Shown: positions 1 to 8,992 of the stretch, piece after piece | How positions within the stretch are numbered: position 1 is the stretch's first letter | Layout of the letters: every line of letters starts with the position of its first letter | DNA from: Myxococcota bacterium | GTDB lineage: Bacteria; Myxococcota_A; SURF-8 | DNA: 64,000 nt | Assembly (NCBI GenBank): GCA_963668655.2 | Contig: CAXXPQ010000001.1 | Location: 663,318 to 727,317, forward strand | Direction of reading: 5' to 3' | Made by a program: the position numbers and the translations under genes | Notes under the pieces: model-generated | What the model saw: only the letters and a program-made list of their open reading frames with translations | Told to the model about the DNA's origin: nothing | Database searches by the model: none

Positions 1-3000
1 TCCAAGGAATGCGCGGACGATTCCTCCGTCTGCGGCGACTGCGGCCGCTGCTACGATGCCTCGGACACGTCCATCGGCACGGAAGTCTGCGTTCCCATCG
101 GCGTGCTGGGCGTGGGCGAGGAATGCGGCTACGACATCGACTGCGAGGAAATGCTCTGCCTGGGCGATTATTGCAGCGAAACCTGCACCATCTACACCCG
201 AGGCGAAGACGACTCTTGCCCGGACGGCTATACCTGTACGCCCATTCCGGACGAGGACACCAATCTCTGCATTTCCGACGACGACCTGAATCTGGCCTTC
301 GGCGACGCCTGCGAGAGGGACTTCCAGTGCGCCTCCGGATACTGCCGCGACTACACCGGCGACGGTGCCGTCTGCACCGAGCTCTGCACCTTTGACGATC
401 GCGCCACGGGCGACAGTTGCCCCGACGACTTCACCTGCATCGACTTCGGCGAGGAATTGCTCTGCGCCCCCAGCAGCATGGTGGGAAAGACCTTCGGTGA
501 AACCTGCACGGAAGGCTGGCAGTGCGACACCGGACTTTGCGAGGACGTACTGGGAACCATGATGTGCGTCACGAACTGCCTGAACGAACCCTGCGGCGAG
601 GGAACCTGTACGGACTTCGGGCCGATCCTGATCGACACCAAGCTGGAACTCTGGGACGCGGCCGGAGCCGATGCGCTTACCAGCAACGACGACGGCGGCC
701 AGAGCGCCTTCTCGAAGATCACCCGCACGTTCGACACGGCGGGAACCTATTACGCCCACGCGTTCGGTTACAGCGCCAGCGTCCAGGGTCCGTACTACAT
801 GCTGGTCACCGACGCCTCCGGCGATCCCGCCATGGGAAGCGAAACCGAGGCCAACGACGACAGGGCCGGCGCCAACGCCATGACGATCCCGGGGCAGTTC
901 TACGGCATGCTGGAAGCGGACGGCCACGACTGGTTCTCCTTCGACGTGACCGCCGGCATGGAACTGGTGCTCGAAACCCTTCCCGTCAACAAAATGCTGT
1001 GCATCCCCAGCGACCTGGTGAACACGGTGCCCTACGGCGACGCCTGCGAGATGGACTTCCAGTGCGCGGGCGATGACGCGCTTTGCTTCAACGACTTCTG
1101 CACCATCATGTGCACGGACACGTCCGAATGCACGGACGGCATCTGCGCCGAGTTCGACGGCTACGACGACAAATACTGCGTGCCGGAAGATATGATGCAC
1201 ACCATCGCCACGGGCGATGCCTGCGACTTCGATTGGGAGTGCGTGGAAGACGACTGCTACGAAGACGATTTCTTCGGCTCGATGTACTGCACCCAGACAT
1301 GCGATGAAACCAACCTCTGCCCCGAGGGCCTGACCTGCCATGAAGGCATCTGCGTCATGAACGCCGACGGCGGGCAGTATCTTTATTCCGTCTGCCGCAC
1401 CGGCGACGACTGCGAGACGGACACCTGCGACGACGGCCGCTGCACCAGCGTCTGCGCCAACGACGGGGAGTGCGAAGGTTCCGCCGACATCACGCCGGTG
1501 GAGAACGGTTTGTGCTACGCCTGCGACGGAGAGGACGCCAACTGCAACACGGGCGACGGCACTGCCAATCTCTGCCTGACTTCCGACGGCGGCGATAGCT
1601 GGTTCTGCGGCGTGGACTGCTCCGCCGATCCGGATTCCTGCCCGGCGGGCACCCGCTGCTACGCCATCAGCAGCTGGTTCGACACCTATTACCAGTGCGC
1701 TCCGGTCTCCCTGAGCTGCGACGGAATGGCCGGCTGCAACAACGCCGGATTCTGCCAGCTTCCGCGCGGCGGATTCGGCGCGGACTGCGACGAGGATCTG
1801 GACTGCACCACGGGCGTCTGCGCCAACGACATGTGCAACATCGACTGTTCCGTGGCGGCCGACTGCGGATGCGACTACTACGGCTGCGACGGAAGCAACC
1901 ATTGCGCCTTCACCGACAACGGCGACACCATGGAAACGGAGCCCAACGGCATCGTCGCCGAGGCCATGTTGCTCGACGCGTTCCCGGCCACGGTGATTTC
2001 CGAATTCACCCCGACCGAGGGACAGATGGATATCGACCTGTTCAAGGTGGATCTCCTGGCCGGCCAGGTTTTCAGCGCCGAAACCGCTTCGTTCTGCGGA
2101 ACGGAATCGGATACGGTCATGCGTTTCACGAACGCCGATGGCGTGACCCTGGAAGGCTGGCAGAACGACGACATCGACGGCTGGAACGGAGACTACTTCA
2201 GCCGCCTGACCGACTTCGTGGCCGAGGCGGACATGACGCTGTACATCGAGGTGCGCCAGTCCGATTACGTGGACGGCCTGCTGGAAGGCAAGTACCTCTT
2301 CCTGGCCGACGTCTTCACCCCGGCGATGAACAACACCTGCGACGGCGCGATGGCGCTGACCGCCGGAACCCACGACTTCGATTTCGAGGCGGCCACCGAC
2401 AGCTACACCGGCGAGGACTGCTCCGGAACCGACACCCCCGGTCCCGACCTGGCCTACTCGGTCACGGTGGATCCGGGTCAGTACGTGGAAGTCACCATGG
2501 AAGCCGAATTCGACGCCGCGCTGTACCTGGTCACCGACTGCGCGGACATCGATACGTCCTGCCTGGCCGGCGCGGACGAGGGCATGCCGGAGCACGTCAT
2601 CTATCAGCACCCGGCGGACGCCACCGAGGCCGTCACCATTTACGTGATCGCCGACAGCAGCTACCGCGCGGCGGACTCGTCCTTCAGCCTGACCGTGACC
2701 TTCTCCGGCGGCGATGTTCCGAACAACGACATGTGCGGTGACGCCCAGACCATCGAAAACGGCCAGACCTATGCCGGAAGCACCATCGGCGCGGCCAACG
2801 ACTACGATCCCGGCGATGAAGGCTGCGCCGAGGCGGCCATGCCCGGCGCGGACGTGGCCTACACCTTCACCATGAATCCGAACCAGATCTTCGTCGCGAA
2901 GCTTCACGGCTATCCGGCGGATCTGTACCTGGTGACCGACTGCGCCGACCTTTCCACCTGCCAGGCCGTGGGCCTGGGAGGCGACATGCGCTTCGTCTAC

Positions 3001-3552
3001 ACCGGCGGAACGGCCGCCACCTTCTACCTCATCGTGGACAGCACGTTGCCTCTGGAAGAAACGCCCTCCCGCCTCGGCAACATGGGAAGCTTCGACCTCG
3101 AAGTCACCATCGCGGATCTGCCCGCCGGAGACAATTGCAGCGATCCCATCGATATCCCGACGCTCCCGGCCGAGATCAACGGCGACAATTCGCTGTTCAC
3201 GAACTACTTCGACGTCTCCGAGGAAAGCTACTCCTGCACCGGCTACCAGATCGCCGGTTACGACGTGGTGTACACGGTGGAAGTCCCGGACGGCGAGGAA
3301 CTGATGGTCACCGTCACCCCGGCCGAAGGCGTGGACCTGGGCGTCTCCCTGATGCATACCTGTCAGGTTCCCGTGGAGGAAACGCTTTGTCTGGGCGGTT
3401 CCGACGAGAACCTGGACGGAGAGGCGGACACGTTCTCCTGGGTGAACGACACCGGCGCGGCCGCGAACGTATTCCTGGTCGTGGACGCCTGGTCCGCCGA
3501 CGAAGCGGGCGCCTACACCCTGAACGTGGAATTGGCGGCCAGCACCAAGTAA
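1..3552 (+). CDS. Cys-rich secreted protein, 5'-truncated at window edge (CxxDxxC..GxC modules, PPC-like segments, three tandem ~125-aa C-terminal domains)
   Basis: Frame 1 is open from nt 1 (SKECADDSSVCGDCGRCYD...), so the ATG at 103 is internal. Stop at 3550-3552. Segments ETEANDDRAGANAM..DWFSFDV and ETEPNGIVAEAM..DLFKVDL resemble pre-peptidase C-terminal (PPC) domains. A strong terminator follows. Confidence 0.85.
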   Translation, partial: SKECADDSSVCGDCGRCYDASDTSIGTEVCVPIGVLGVGEECGYDIDCEEMLCLGDYCSETCTIYTRGEDDSCPDGYTCTPIPDEDTNLCISDDDLNLAFGDACERDFQCASGYCRDYTGDGAVCTELCTFDDRATGDSCPDDFTCIDFGEELLCAPSSMVGKTFGETCTEGWQCDTGLCEDVLGTMMCVTNCLNEPCGEGTCTDFGPILIDTKLELWDAAGADALTSNDDGGQSAFSKITRTFDTAGTYYAHAFGYSASVQGPYYMLVTDASGDPAMGSETEANDDRAGANAMTIPGQFYGMLEADGHDWFSFDVTAGMELVLETLPVNKMLCIPSDLVNTVPYGDACEMDFQCAGDDALCFNDFCTIMCTDTSECTDGICAEFDGYDDKYCVPEDMMHTIATGDACDFDWECVEDDCYEDDFFGSMYCTQTCDETNLCPEGLTCHEGICVMNADGGQYLYSVCRTGDDCETDTCDDGRCTSVCANDGECEGSADITPVENGLCYACDGEDANCNTGDGTANLCLTSDGGDSWFCGVDCSADPDSCPAGTRCYAISSWFDTYYQCAPVSLSCDGMAGCNNAGFCQLPRGGFGADCDEDLDCTTGVCANDMCNIDCSVAADCGCDYYGCDGSNHCAFTDNGDTMETEPNGIVAEAMLLDAFPATVISEFTPTEGQMDIDLFKVDLLAGQVFSAETASFCGTESDTVMRFTNADGVTLEGWQNDDIDGWNGDYFSRLTDFVAEADMTLYIEVRQSDYVDGLLEGKYLFLADVFTPAMNNTCDGAMALTAGTHDFDFEAATDSYTGEDCSGTDTPGPDLAYSVTVDPGQYVEVTMEAEFDAALYLVTDCADIDTSCLAGADEGMPEHVIYQHPADATEAVTIYVIADSSYRAADSSFSLTVTFSGGDVPNNDMCGDAQTIENGQTYAGSTIGAANDYDPGDEGCAEAAMPGADVAYTFTMNPNQIFVAKLHGYPADLYLVTDCADLSTCQAVGLGGDMRFVYTGGTAATFYLIVDSTLPLEETPSRLGNMGSFDLEVTIADLPAGDNCSDPIDIPTLPAEINGDNSLFTNYFDVSEESYSCTGYQIAGYDVVYTVEVPDGEELMVTVTPAEGVDLGVSLMHTCQVPVEETLCLGGSDENLDGEADTFSWVNDTGAAANVFLVVDAWSADEAGAYTLNVELAASTK

Positions 3553-3586
3553 GCGAACCGCATTCCGTTTCCCTTGCGGAAACATC

Positions 3587-3617
3587 GGGGCGGGCCTTCG
3601 GGTCCGCCCCTTTTTTT
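3587..3617 (+). terminator. Rho-independent terminator
   Basis: GGGGCGGGCC-TTCG-GGTCCGCCCC gives a 10-bp stem (one G-U), followed by TTTTTTT, 35 nt after the stop at 3552. Confidence 0.85.
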
Positions 3618-3780
3618 CGCGCGTTCGCCACGGAGGTTCCCCGTTTCCCCGTCCCCTTTCCTTTGCCGGGTTTTCCCTTTCCGTCAACAATCGCTTGAGC
3701 ACGGGGGCTCTCATGTTGTATAAACGGAACCGTAACGCGTTTAAAACATTTCACCGCCCTCATCTCCGGGAGATGACTCC

Positions 3781-4827
3781 ATGAAAAATCAATGGACACG
3801 GTTTCTGCGAATCGCCCTGATCGGCTGGCTCCTGGGATTTCCGGCGGCTTGCGGCGATTCCGATTCCACGCCGCCGGCTGACGGAGATTCGGACACGGAA
3901 GCCGCGGCTTCGGACGAATCGGACCGGGATCTCTCGGATGGAGACGCGGAGGTGGACGCGGAATTTTCGGAAGATGGAGACGCGGACCCGGATCCGGACC
4001 GCACGGAGGGGGAAACGGACGCGGACGGCGGCTTCTGGCCTCAGTTCGGCCCGGACCACCCGCTGCTTTCCGGATCCTTCCGCAACATCGCCCATCGCGG
4101 CGGCGGCCGCCTGGCTCCGGAGGAAACGCTTCCGGCGTACGAGCGTGCCTTGGCGGAGGGAGCGGACATGCTGGAAATGGACCTGCATGCCACCTCGGAT
4201 AACGTGGTGGTGCTGCACCATGACGCCACCGTGGACCGCACCACCGACGGTGAAGGGCTCATCCGGGAGATGCCTTTCGAAACGTTGCGCACGCTGGATG
4301 CCGGATACCGCTTCACGGCGGACGGAGGCGAGACGTATCCCTTCCGTGGAACGGGTGTCCGGGTTCCCACGTTCGAAGAGGTGCTGGAGGCTTTTCCGGA
4401 TCAGGTGTTCACGGTGGAAATCAAGCAGATCGAGCCGTCCATCGTGGACCTCGTGCTGGACGTGCTCGACCGGACGCATATGAATCGCCGGGTGATTCTG
4501 GTGTCGTTCTCGGACAGCGTGGTGCAGGATATCCGCGAGAAACGGCCGGATCAGATCACGGGAGCCGCCACCGGAGAGATGATTCTGTTCGCCGCCTTGA
4601 AGCCGGAAAACCTGGACGATTACCGCCCGCCCTGTCCCTTTTTCCAGATGCCTTCTTCCGACGCGGAACAGGTGGCGCTGGCTCACGATCTGGGGATTCG
4701 GGTGCAGATCTGGACCGTGAACGGCGAAGCGGAGATGCGGGAGTGGCTGGCCATGGGTGTGGACGGCATCATGACCGACGATCCGAGTCTCCTGGAACGC
4801 GTGCTGACGGAAGCCGCGAGCCCGTAA
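3781..4827 (+). CDS. Glycerophosphodiester phosphodiesterase (GDPD family) lipoprotein with acidic tether
   Basis: Signal peptide with lipobox (LLGFPAAC), then a D/E/S-rich spacer. GDPD core motifs FRNIAHRGG, EMDLHATSDNVVVLHHD and IWTVN. Confidence 0.85.
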   Translation: MKNQWTRFLRIALIGWLLGFPAACGDSDSTPPADGDSDTEAAASDESDRDLSDGDAEVDAEFSEDGDADPDPDRTEGETDADGGFWPQFGPDHPLLSGSFRNIAHRGGGRLAPEETLPAYERALAEGADMLEMDLHATSDNVVVLHHDATVDRTTDGEGLIREMPFETLRTLDAGYRFTADGGETYPFRGTGVRVPTFEEVLEAFPDQVFTVEIKQIEPSIVDLVLDVLDRTHMNRRVILVSFSDSVVQDIREKRPDQITGAATGEMILFAALKPENLDDYRPPCPFFQMPSSDAEQVALAHDLGIRVQIWTVNGEAEMREWLAMGVDGIMTDDPSLLERVLTEAASP

Positions 4828-4849
4828 ATCCCCGGTACGCCGCGATTTT

Positions 4850-5677
4850 TCAGGACACGCCGGGGACGCCCTCCGGTTCCGCGAGCCGAAGTTCCTTCAA
4901 TCGCTTCTTCCGTTTCAATCCATGGCGTACGGCGGTCAGCATGCTGGCGCTTCCCACCTGCAAGACCTCGTCGCCGTCGCCGAAGTTCATGATGCCGCGA
5001 TAGAAGCGGTTCAACCCCGGCTTGCGGTGCTGGTAACGGACGTCCTCGGCCTCCTTCTGGAAGACGGTGTCCTTCACGCTCCCGCGAAAGACGAAGTGCT
5101 CGGGATCGAAGGTGGAATCGACGTGGATGTAGATCTTGTCCCGATAGTATTCGTCGATGGCCTTGGCGATACGCGCGTGGGTGCGCGTGGGACGCGCGGC
5201 CATCAGGGGCGAGGGAAACACGTTGTCGAAATGCAGCGCCACGTTGCCCAGGGAACTCAGCACCGCCGCGCAGTTGCTCACCCACAGCCGTCCCAGGGGG
5301 CGATAGCGGAACAGATAGCCGCCCACGGCCTTGCGGGTCAGGAGGTGCGTCAGGCCGGAGGCGCGATCTTCGGGGCGTACGCAGGTCAGTCCCAGGTGCA
5401 TCACTTCGCCCACACCTTTGACCGGCAGCAGGATGGTGGAGCAGAACCCGGCGATGACGCCGTCCTTCCGGATGGCCAGGGCGACAACCTTGTCGGAGAG
5501 TTCCTCTCGGGTGCCCCGCATGATCTGATAATCCGGGACGCTCTCGAAACAGGTGGCCGCCGTGTCGCGGATCTTGGCGGTGAACCGTTCCCGCTGGATG
5601 TCGGTCAGCCATTCGCCGGGCCGCACCAGCAGTTCGATACGGTACGGAATTCCCACGGAGGTTTTTCGGTGTTTCAT
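4850..5677 (-). CDS. GNAT-fold acyltransferase-like hypothetical protein
   Basis: I take the internal ATG (MKHRKTSVGIPY...) at 5677 as the start. It forms an ATGA overlap with the stop of the upstream PlsC-like gene. The segment VMHLGLTCVRPEDRASGLTHLL resembles the GNAT beta4-alpha3 acyl-CoA region. Function is not certain. Confidence 0.6.
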   Translation of the reverse strand: MKHRKTSVGIPYRIELLVRPGEWLTDIQRERFTAKIRDTAATCFESVPDYQIMRGTREELSDKVVALAIRKDGVIAGFCSTILLPVKGVGEVMHLGLTCVRPEDRASGLTHLLTRKAVGGYLFRYRPLGRLWVSNCAAVLSSLGNVALHFDNVFPSPLMAARPTRTHARIAKAIDEYYRDKIYIHVDSTFDPEHFVFRGSVKDTVFQKEAEDVRYQHRKPGLNRFYRGIMNFGDGDEVLQVGSASMLTAVRHGLKRKKRLKELRLAEPEGVPGVS

Positions 5678-6513
5678 ACGCTCCTCTCTTTTTTCTGATT
5701 GCGAGCGGAATTCGGAAGTTCCTGAAATCGCACGTTCCGATCGATCCATTCCCAGGCCCGAAGGCGAAGACGCTCGGGATCCGTATCGACGAGGACGGGG
5801 CCGAAGGCGATGCGGACGTCGATTCCGGGCCGGGCGAAGACCCGCAGAAAATGGGCCAGAAAGGTGTCGTCGCCCACCCAGGCGTCCTGGGCGTTTTCAT
5901 AGGAGACGGCCACGGGGATGACGGGGATGGCGCCGTCCGCGGCGATGCGGAAGACGCCCTTCCGGAAGGGCAGAATGCCCGGCCCCGCGTGGGTGGTTCC
6001 CTCCGGATAGACCACCACGCCCAGTCCGTTTCGAAGGCGGCGGGTCACCGCCTCCCGGGCTCGATGGCGGCTTTGCGGGTCGTCCCGGGCGACGAAGATC
6101 GTGCGCACCACGTTCGCCGACCAGCCCACCACGGGCCAGCGGCGCAGTTCCGCCTTGGCCATGAACGTGGCGGGCGCGCGGGCCAGCAGGGGAATGATGT
6201 CGATGTACGAGCGGTGGTTGGAAACGAAAAGGGCCGCCCCTTCGGGGGGACGGCCTTCCATGCGAACGGACAGCCCGCAAAGCTTCTCCAGCATCACGGC
6301 CCACTCCCGGGCCTGTTGCTGGAAAAACGACTCCGGATTTCGCACTCCCCTGGCGCGGACGGCGGCGGCGGCGGTCTTGCCGATGCCGTATCCGAGAAAC
6401 GCGCCCAGTCTCCGCAGCGCGCGGACGCGCCCGGAGATCGAAACGGATTCACGCGCCTCGGCGGGAAAGGCCGCCTTTTCCATCGCGCTCCGAGCCGTGA
6501 TTCGTCTGTCCAC
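5674..6513 (-). CDS. 1-acyl-sn-glycerol-3-phosphate acyltransferase family (PlsC/LPLAT) protein
   Basis: HX4D motif (NHRSYIDI) and PEGT motif (VYPEGTTHAG..PFRKG) typical of AGPAT/PlsC. The start could also be the internal MEKAAF at 6483. Confidence 0.8.
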   Translation of the reverse strand: MDRRITARSAMEKAAFPAEARESVSISGRVRALRRLGAFLGYGIGKTAAAAVRARGVRNPESFFQQQAREWAVMLEKLCGLSVRMEGRPPEGAALFVSNHRSYIDIIPLLARAPATFMAKAELRRWPVVGWSANVVRTIFVARDDPQSRHRAREAVTRRLRNGLGVVVYPEGTTHAGPGILPFRKGVFRIAADGAIPVIPVAVSYENAQDAWVGDDTFLAHFLRVFARPGIDVRIAFGPVLVDTDPERLRLRAWEWIDRNVRFQELPNSARNQKKERSV

Positions 6514-6714
6514 CTTCCCATTCCTCCGTCCGTTCGGGTCGGTGGTACATTAAATGGAAAGGATTAGATCGCCGTTCGAAGCGCCGGAGAAATCCGTTAG
6601 AAGAATTCGAGGAAGGAAAAACCGAAAGCAAACACATCGGCAACAAACGGCCGTGCCCCGGGGGGCTGGAAAAGCGGAGACGGACCGCGCCGGCGCCGGA
6701 ACGGGCGGTTCGCG

Positions 6715-7023
6715 TCAGGATTTCACCTCGCCGCCCGCCTCGTTCTCCACCGAGGACACCTTGCCGGAAAGGCGGTTCACCGCTCCCCGGCGATCGTCGA
6801 TCTTGATGGACGTGCTGACCCTTTCGGATTGGGCGGCCATGTTCATGTGGACTTTCCGGATCAGGTCGAACACCGCGTCGGCTTCGCCCTCGATGATCGT
6901 GCCCATGGCCGTGAGACGATAGTCCAGGCCGGACTCGCGGATGATCCGGATGGATTGCGCCACGTATTTCGAAAAGCCTTCGTTCGTCTTGTCGATGGGG
7001 GTAACCGAAATTTCCGCCAGCAT
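6715..7023 (-). CDS. MTH1187/YkoF (UPF0045/DUF77) family protein
   Basis: The 102-aa C-terminal part of ORF 6715..7464 (MLAEISVTPIDKTNEGFSKYVAQSIRIIRESGLDYRLTAMGTIIEGE...) has the typical family size and sequence. The upstream part of that ORF overlaps the next gene and is low-complexity. Confidence 0.6.
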   Translation of the reverse strand: MLAEISVTPIDKTNEGFSKYVAQSIRIIRESGLDYRLTAMGTIIEGEADAVFDLIRKVHMNMAAQSERVSTSIKIDDRRGAVNRLSGKVSSVENEAGGEVKS

Positions 7024-7061
7024 GCCTCGCCTCCTTGTGGTTTCCCGATGGAATCGCCCGC

Positions 7062-8171
7062 CTATTCCGGATCCTTGCAGCAGCGAAATCCCTTGGCCGA
7101 GGGATTCCAGGTGGCGTCGTAATCGCAGCGATGGTAGGTCTGGCTGTCCGAGCAGTTGTAGGCCCCGCCCCGCCAGTGGTTCTGGCCGTCGTCGGTGTCC
7201 ACCAGTTCCCAGACGTTGCCGTTGATGTCGAACAGGCCGTATTCGTTGGTGCAGTTCAGAAAATACCCCGTGGGCTTGACGCCGAAGGCGTCCACCCGCC
7301 CGCAGGCGTAGTAGCAGCCCGCGAAGGGGCAGGTCTCCGCATCCTGACAGGTGGAATTGGCTCCGCAGGTGCAGTTGGTGTCGATACCGTTGCAGGTGGC
7401 GGGCTCGTAAATCTCCCCATAGGCGTAGGCCGTTTCGTCCGGACCGCCGCAGGCGAAGACCCATTCGTCCAGGCCGCAGAGCCGCTTACCCGCGCCCTGA
7501 CAGGCCGCCACCGCCGTGGCCCGGGTGACGGAGAACCAGGGCTGCACGAAGGATCGGCTGGTGGCGCGGCTTCCGTCGGTTCCCTGGCTGGACCAGCTGG
7601 CGTCCGGGCGGCTGGCTTCGTACCGATCGATGCAGAAATCTCCCACCAGAACCATCTCGGGCGGACAGGTGACGGCCTCCGTCTCCGGCTCGGGCTCCGG
7701 CTCGGGCTCCGGTTCGAGGTCGTTTTCCCGGTCGGGCTCCCGGTCCGCTTCGGTCTCCGTGTCCGGATCGGATTCGGCTTCGGAATCCGCATCGGGTTCG
7801 GCATCATCGTCGCCATCCGGATCCATCTCCGTTTCCACTTCCATGTCCGGTTCCGGATCGGGATCGAAATCGCCGTCCGCTTCCTCTCCGTCCAGATCCA
7901 CATCTCCGTCCGGATCCGGCAGACAGCCGCCCTCGTCCGAATCGCCGGGATCCGTATCGGGTTCCGGCTCGGCGTCCGGATCCGGGTCCGCGTCCGCATC
8001 TCCGTCCACGGCGGAATCTCGCCCGTCTTCGTCTCCGTCGGGCGCATCCGCCCGGTCGCCGTCCGTGGAATCGCCGTCGTCGCCCGAAAGGCAGCCGCCT
8101 ACCGCCGTCAGCCCGCAAAGCAGAAAAAGCCAGAACGCAAGACTCCACCCGTATCGCTTCATTTTCCGCAT
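7062..8171 (-). CDS. FGE-sulfatase (SUMF1-like) domain lipoprotein with long polyacidic D/E/P tether
   Basis: GAGAGGG RBS lies before the ATG at 8171 (MRKMKRYGW...). Lipobox is LTAVGGC. About 150 aa of D/E/P low complexity follow. The C-terminal domain has FGE-type motifs (DRYEAS, FDINGNVWELV, RGGAY, GFRCC). Confidence 0.8.
   Translation of the reverse strand: MRKMKRYGWSLAFWLFLLCGLTAVGGCLSGDDGDSTDGDRADAPDGDEDGRDSAVDGDADADPDPDAEPEPDTDPGDSDEGGCLPDPDGDVDLDGEEADGDFDPDPEPDMEVETEMDPDGDDDAEPDADSEAESDPDTETEADREPDRENDLEPEPEPEPEPETEAVTCPPEMVLVGDFCIDRYEASRPDASWSSQGTDGSRATSRSFVQPWFSVTRATAVAACQGAGKRLCGLDEWVFACGGPDETAYAYGEIYEPATCNGIDTNCTCGANSTCQDAETCPFAGCYYACGRVDAFGVKPTGYFLNCTNEYGLFDINGNVWELVDTDDGQNHWRGGAYNCSDSQTYHRCDYDATWNPSAKGFRCCKDPE
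7680..8090 (-). repeat. Coding low-complexity repeat (EP/DPD/DGD acidic tether)
   Basis: GAGCCC/GAGCCG hexanucleotide runs (for example 7684-7716, encoding EPEPEPEPEP) and DxDxD repeats lie inside the FGE-domain gene. Confidence 0.8.
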
Positions 8172-8383
8172 GTAAACCCTCTCGCGCAACCTCGCGGCGT
8201 TCCGCCGCCATTCCGACTCGTTTCATATCATCATGCGCCTGAAACCATCCGCCGTCAACCACCGGATCGTGTTTTTTACGCCTTTCGGCCTTTTCCGTCA
8301 TCGGCGAAGCGTCCTAAACCATTGACAACCGGGCTCGTTTCATGCTTTTCTTTCGGCGAACAAGGACAATGGAGGACGTTCCC

Positions 8384-8959
8384 ATGGAGACGTTGATGAA
8401 TTACGCCCGATCGCTGGGAGTTTCCGACGTTCGGCTTTTGTCCGTGGATCGGATTCCCATCGAGGACGCCTTGCGTCTGCATTGCGAATCCCCCCGTTGT
8501 CCGAACTATGGAACCAGCGCCAACTGCCCGCCCCACGGCATGACGCCGACCGCGTTTCGCGAGTTTCTTGCGGATTATTCCCGTGTTCTGGTCTTCAAGT
8601 TCGATTTCCCGCTGACGGCTTTGCAGGATTCGGAACGCTGGAAAACCGTTTTCCGCCTGCACGACGGCACGGCCTCCATCGAGCACGAGGCCCGGAATCT
8701 GGGCTACGCGCGCGCCCAGGGGTTTTCCTCCGGCGGATGTAAACATACCTTTTGCCGGGAATTCGACGGCTGCATCGTTCTGGAAAAGAACGAACCTTGC
8801 CGGTTTCCGGACAAAGCACGGCCCTCGCTTTCCGGCATGGGCGTGAACTGGCACGAAATCTCCCGCCTGCTGGGCTGGCGGATGCTGAAGGATGAGGAAG
8901 GCCGTTCGGATTGGGCGGCCGATACGGTGATGCTGGCGGGCCTGGTTTTCGTGGAGTAG
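8384..8959 (+). CDS. DUF2284-like predicted metal-binding protein
   Basis: GGAGG lies 8 nt before the ATG at 8384 (METLMNYARSLG). The Cys pattern CESPRCPNYGTSANCPP is characteristic of the DUF2284 family. Confidence 0.65.
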   Translation: METLMNYARSLGVSDVRLLSVDRIPIEDALRLHCESPRCPNYGTSANCPPHGMTPTAFREFLADYSRVLVFKFDFPLTALQDSERWKTVFRLHDGTASIEHEARNLGYARAQGFSSGGCKHTFCREFDGCIVLEKNEPCRFPDKARPSLSGMGVNWHEISRLLGWRMLKDEEGRSDWAADTVMLAGLVFVE

Positions 8960-8992
8960 GGATAAGCTGGGGAGTCTTTGTGACGCTCCGTG

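Noticed and set aside
7062-7400. FGE/C-type-lectin-fold C-terminus as a diversity-generating retroelement (DGR) variable region
   Set aside because: The window contains no reverse transcriptase, template repeat or second near-identical copy of this segment. This cannot be excluded genome-wide, but it is unsupported here.
6715-7464. Full 249-aa ORF including an N-terminal extension of the DUF77-like protein
   Set aside because: The extension (R/L/G-rich) overlaps the 3' end of the FGE-domain gene on the same strand in another frame. The family-typical ~100-aa protein starts at the internal ATG at 7023.
7680-8090. Short-period DNA repeats checked as a possible CRISPR array (also 26531-26640 and 11285-11345)
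   Set aside because: The period is 6 nt with no spacers. The repeats lie in-frame inside CDSs and encode EP/ET/DxD acidic tethers.
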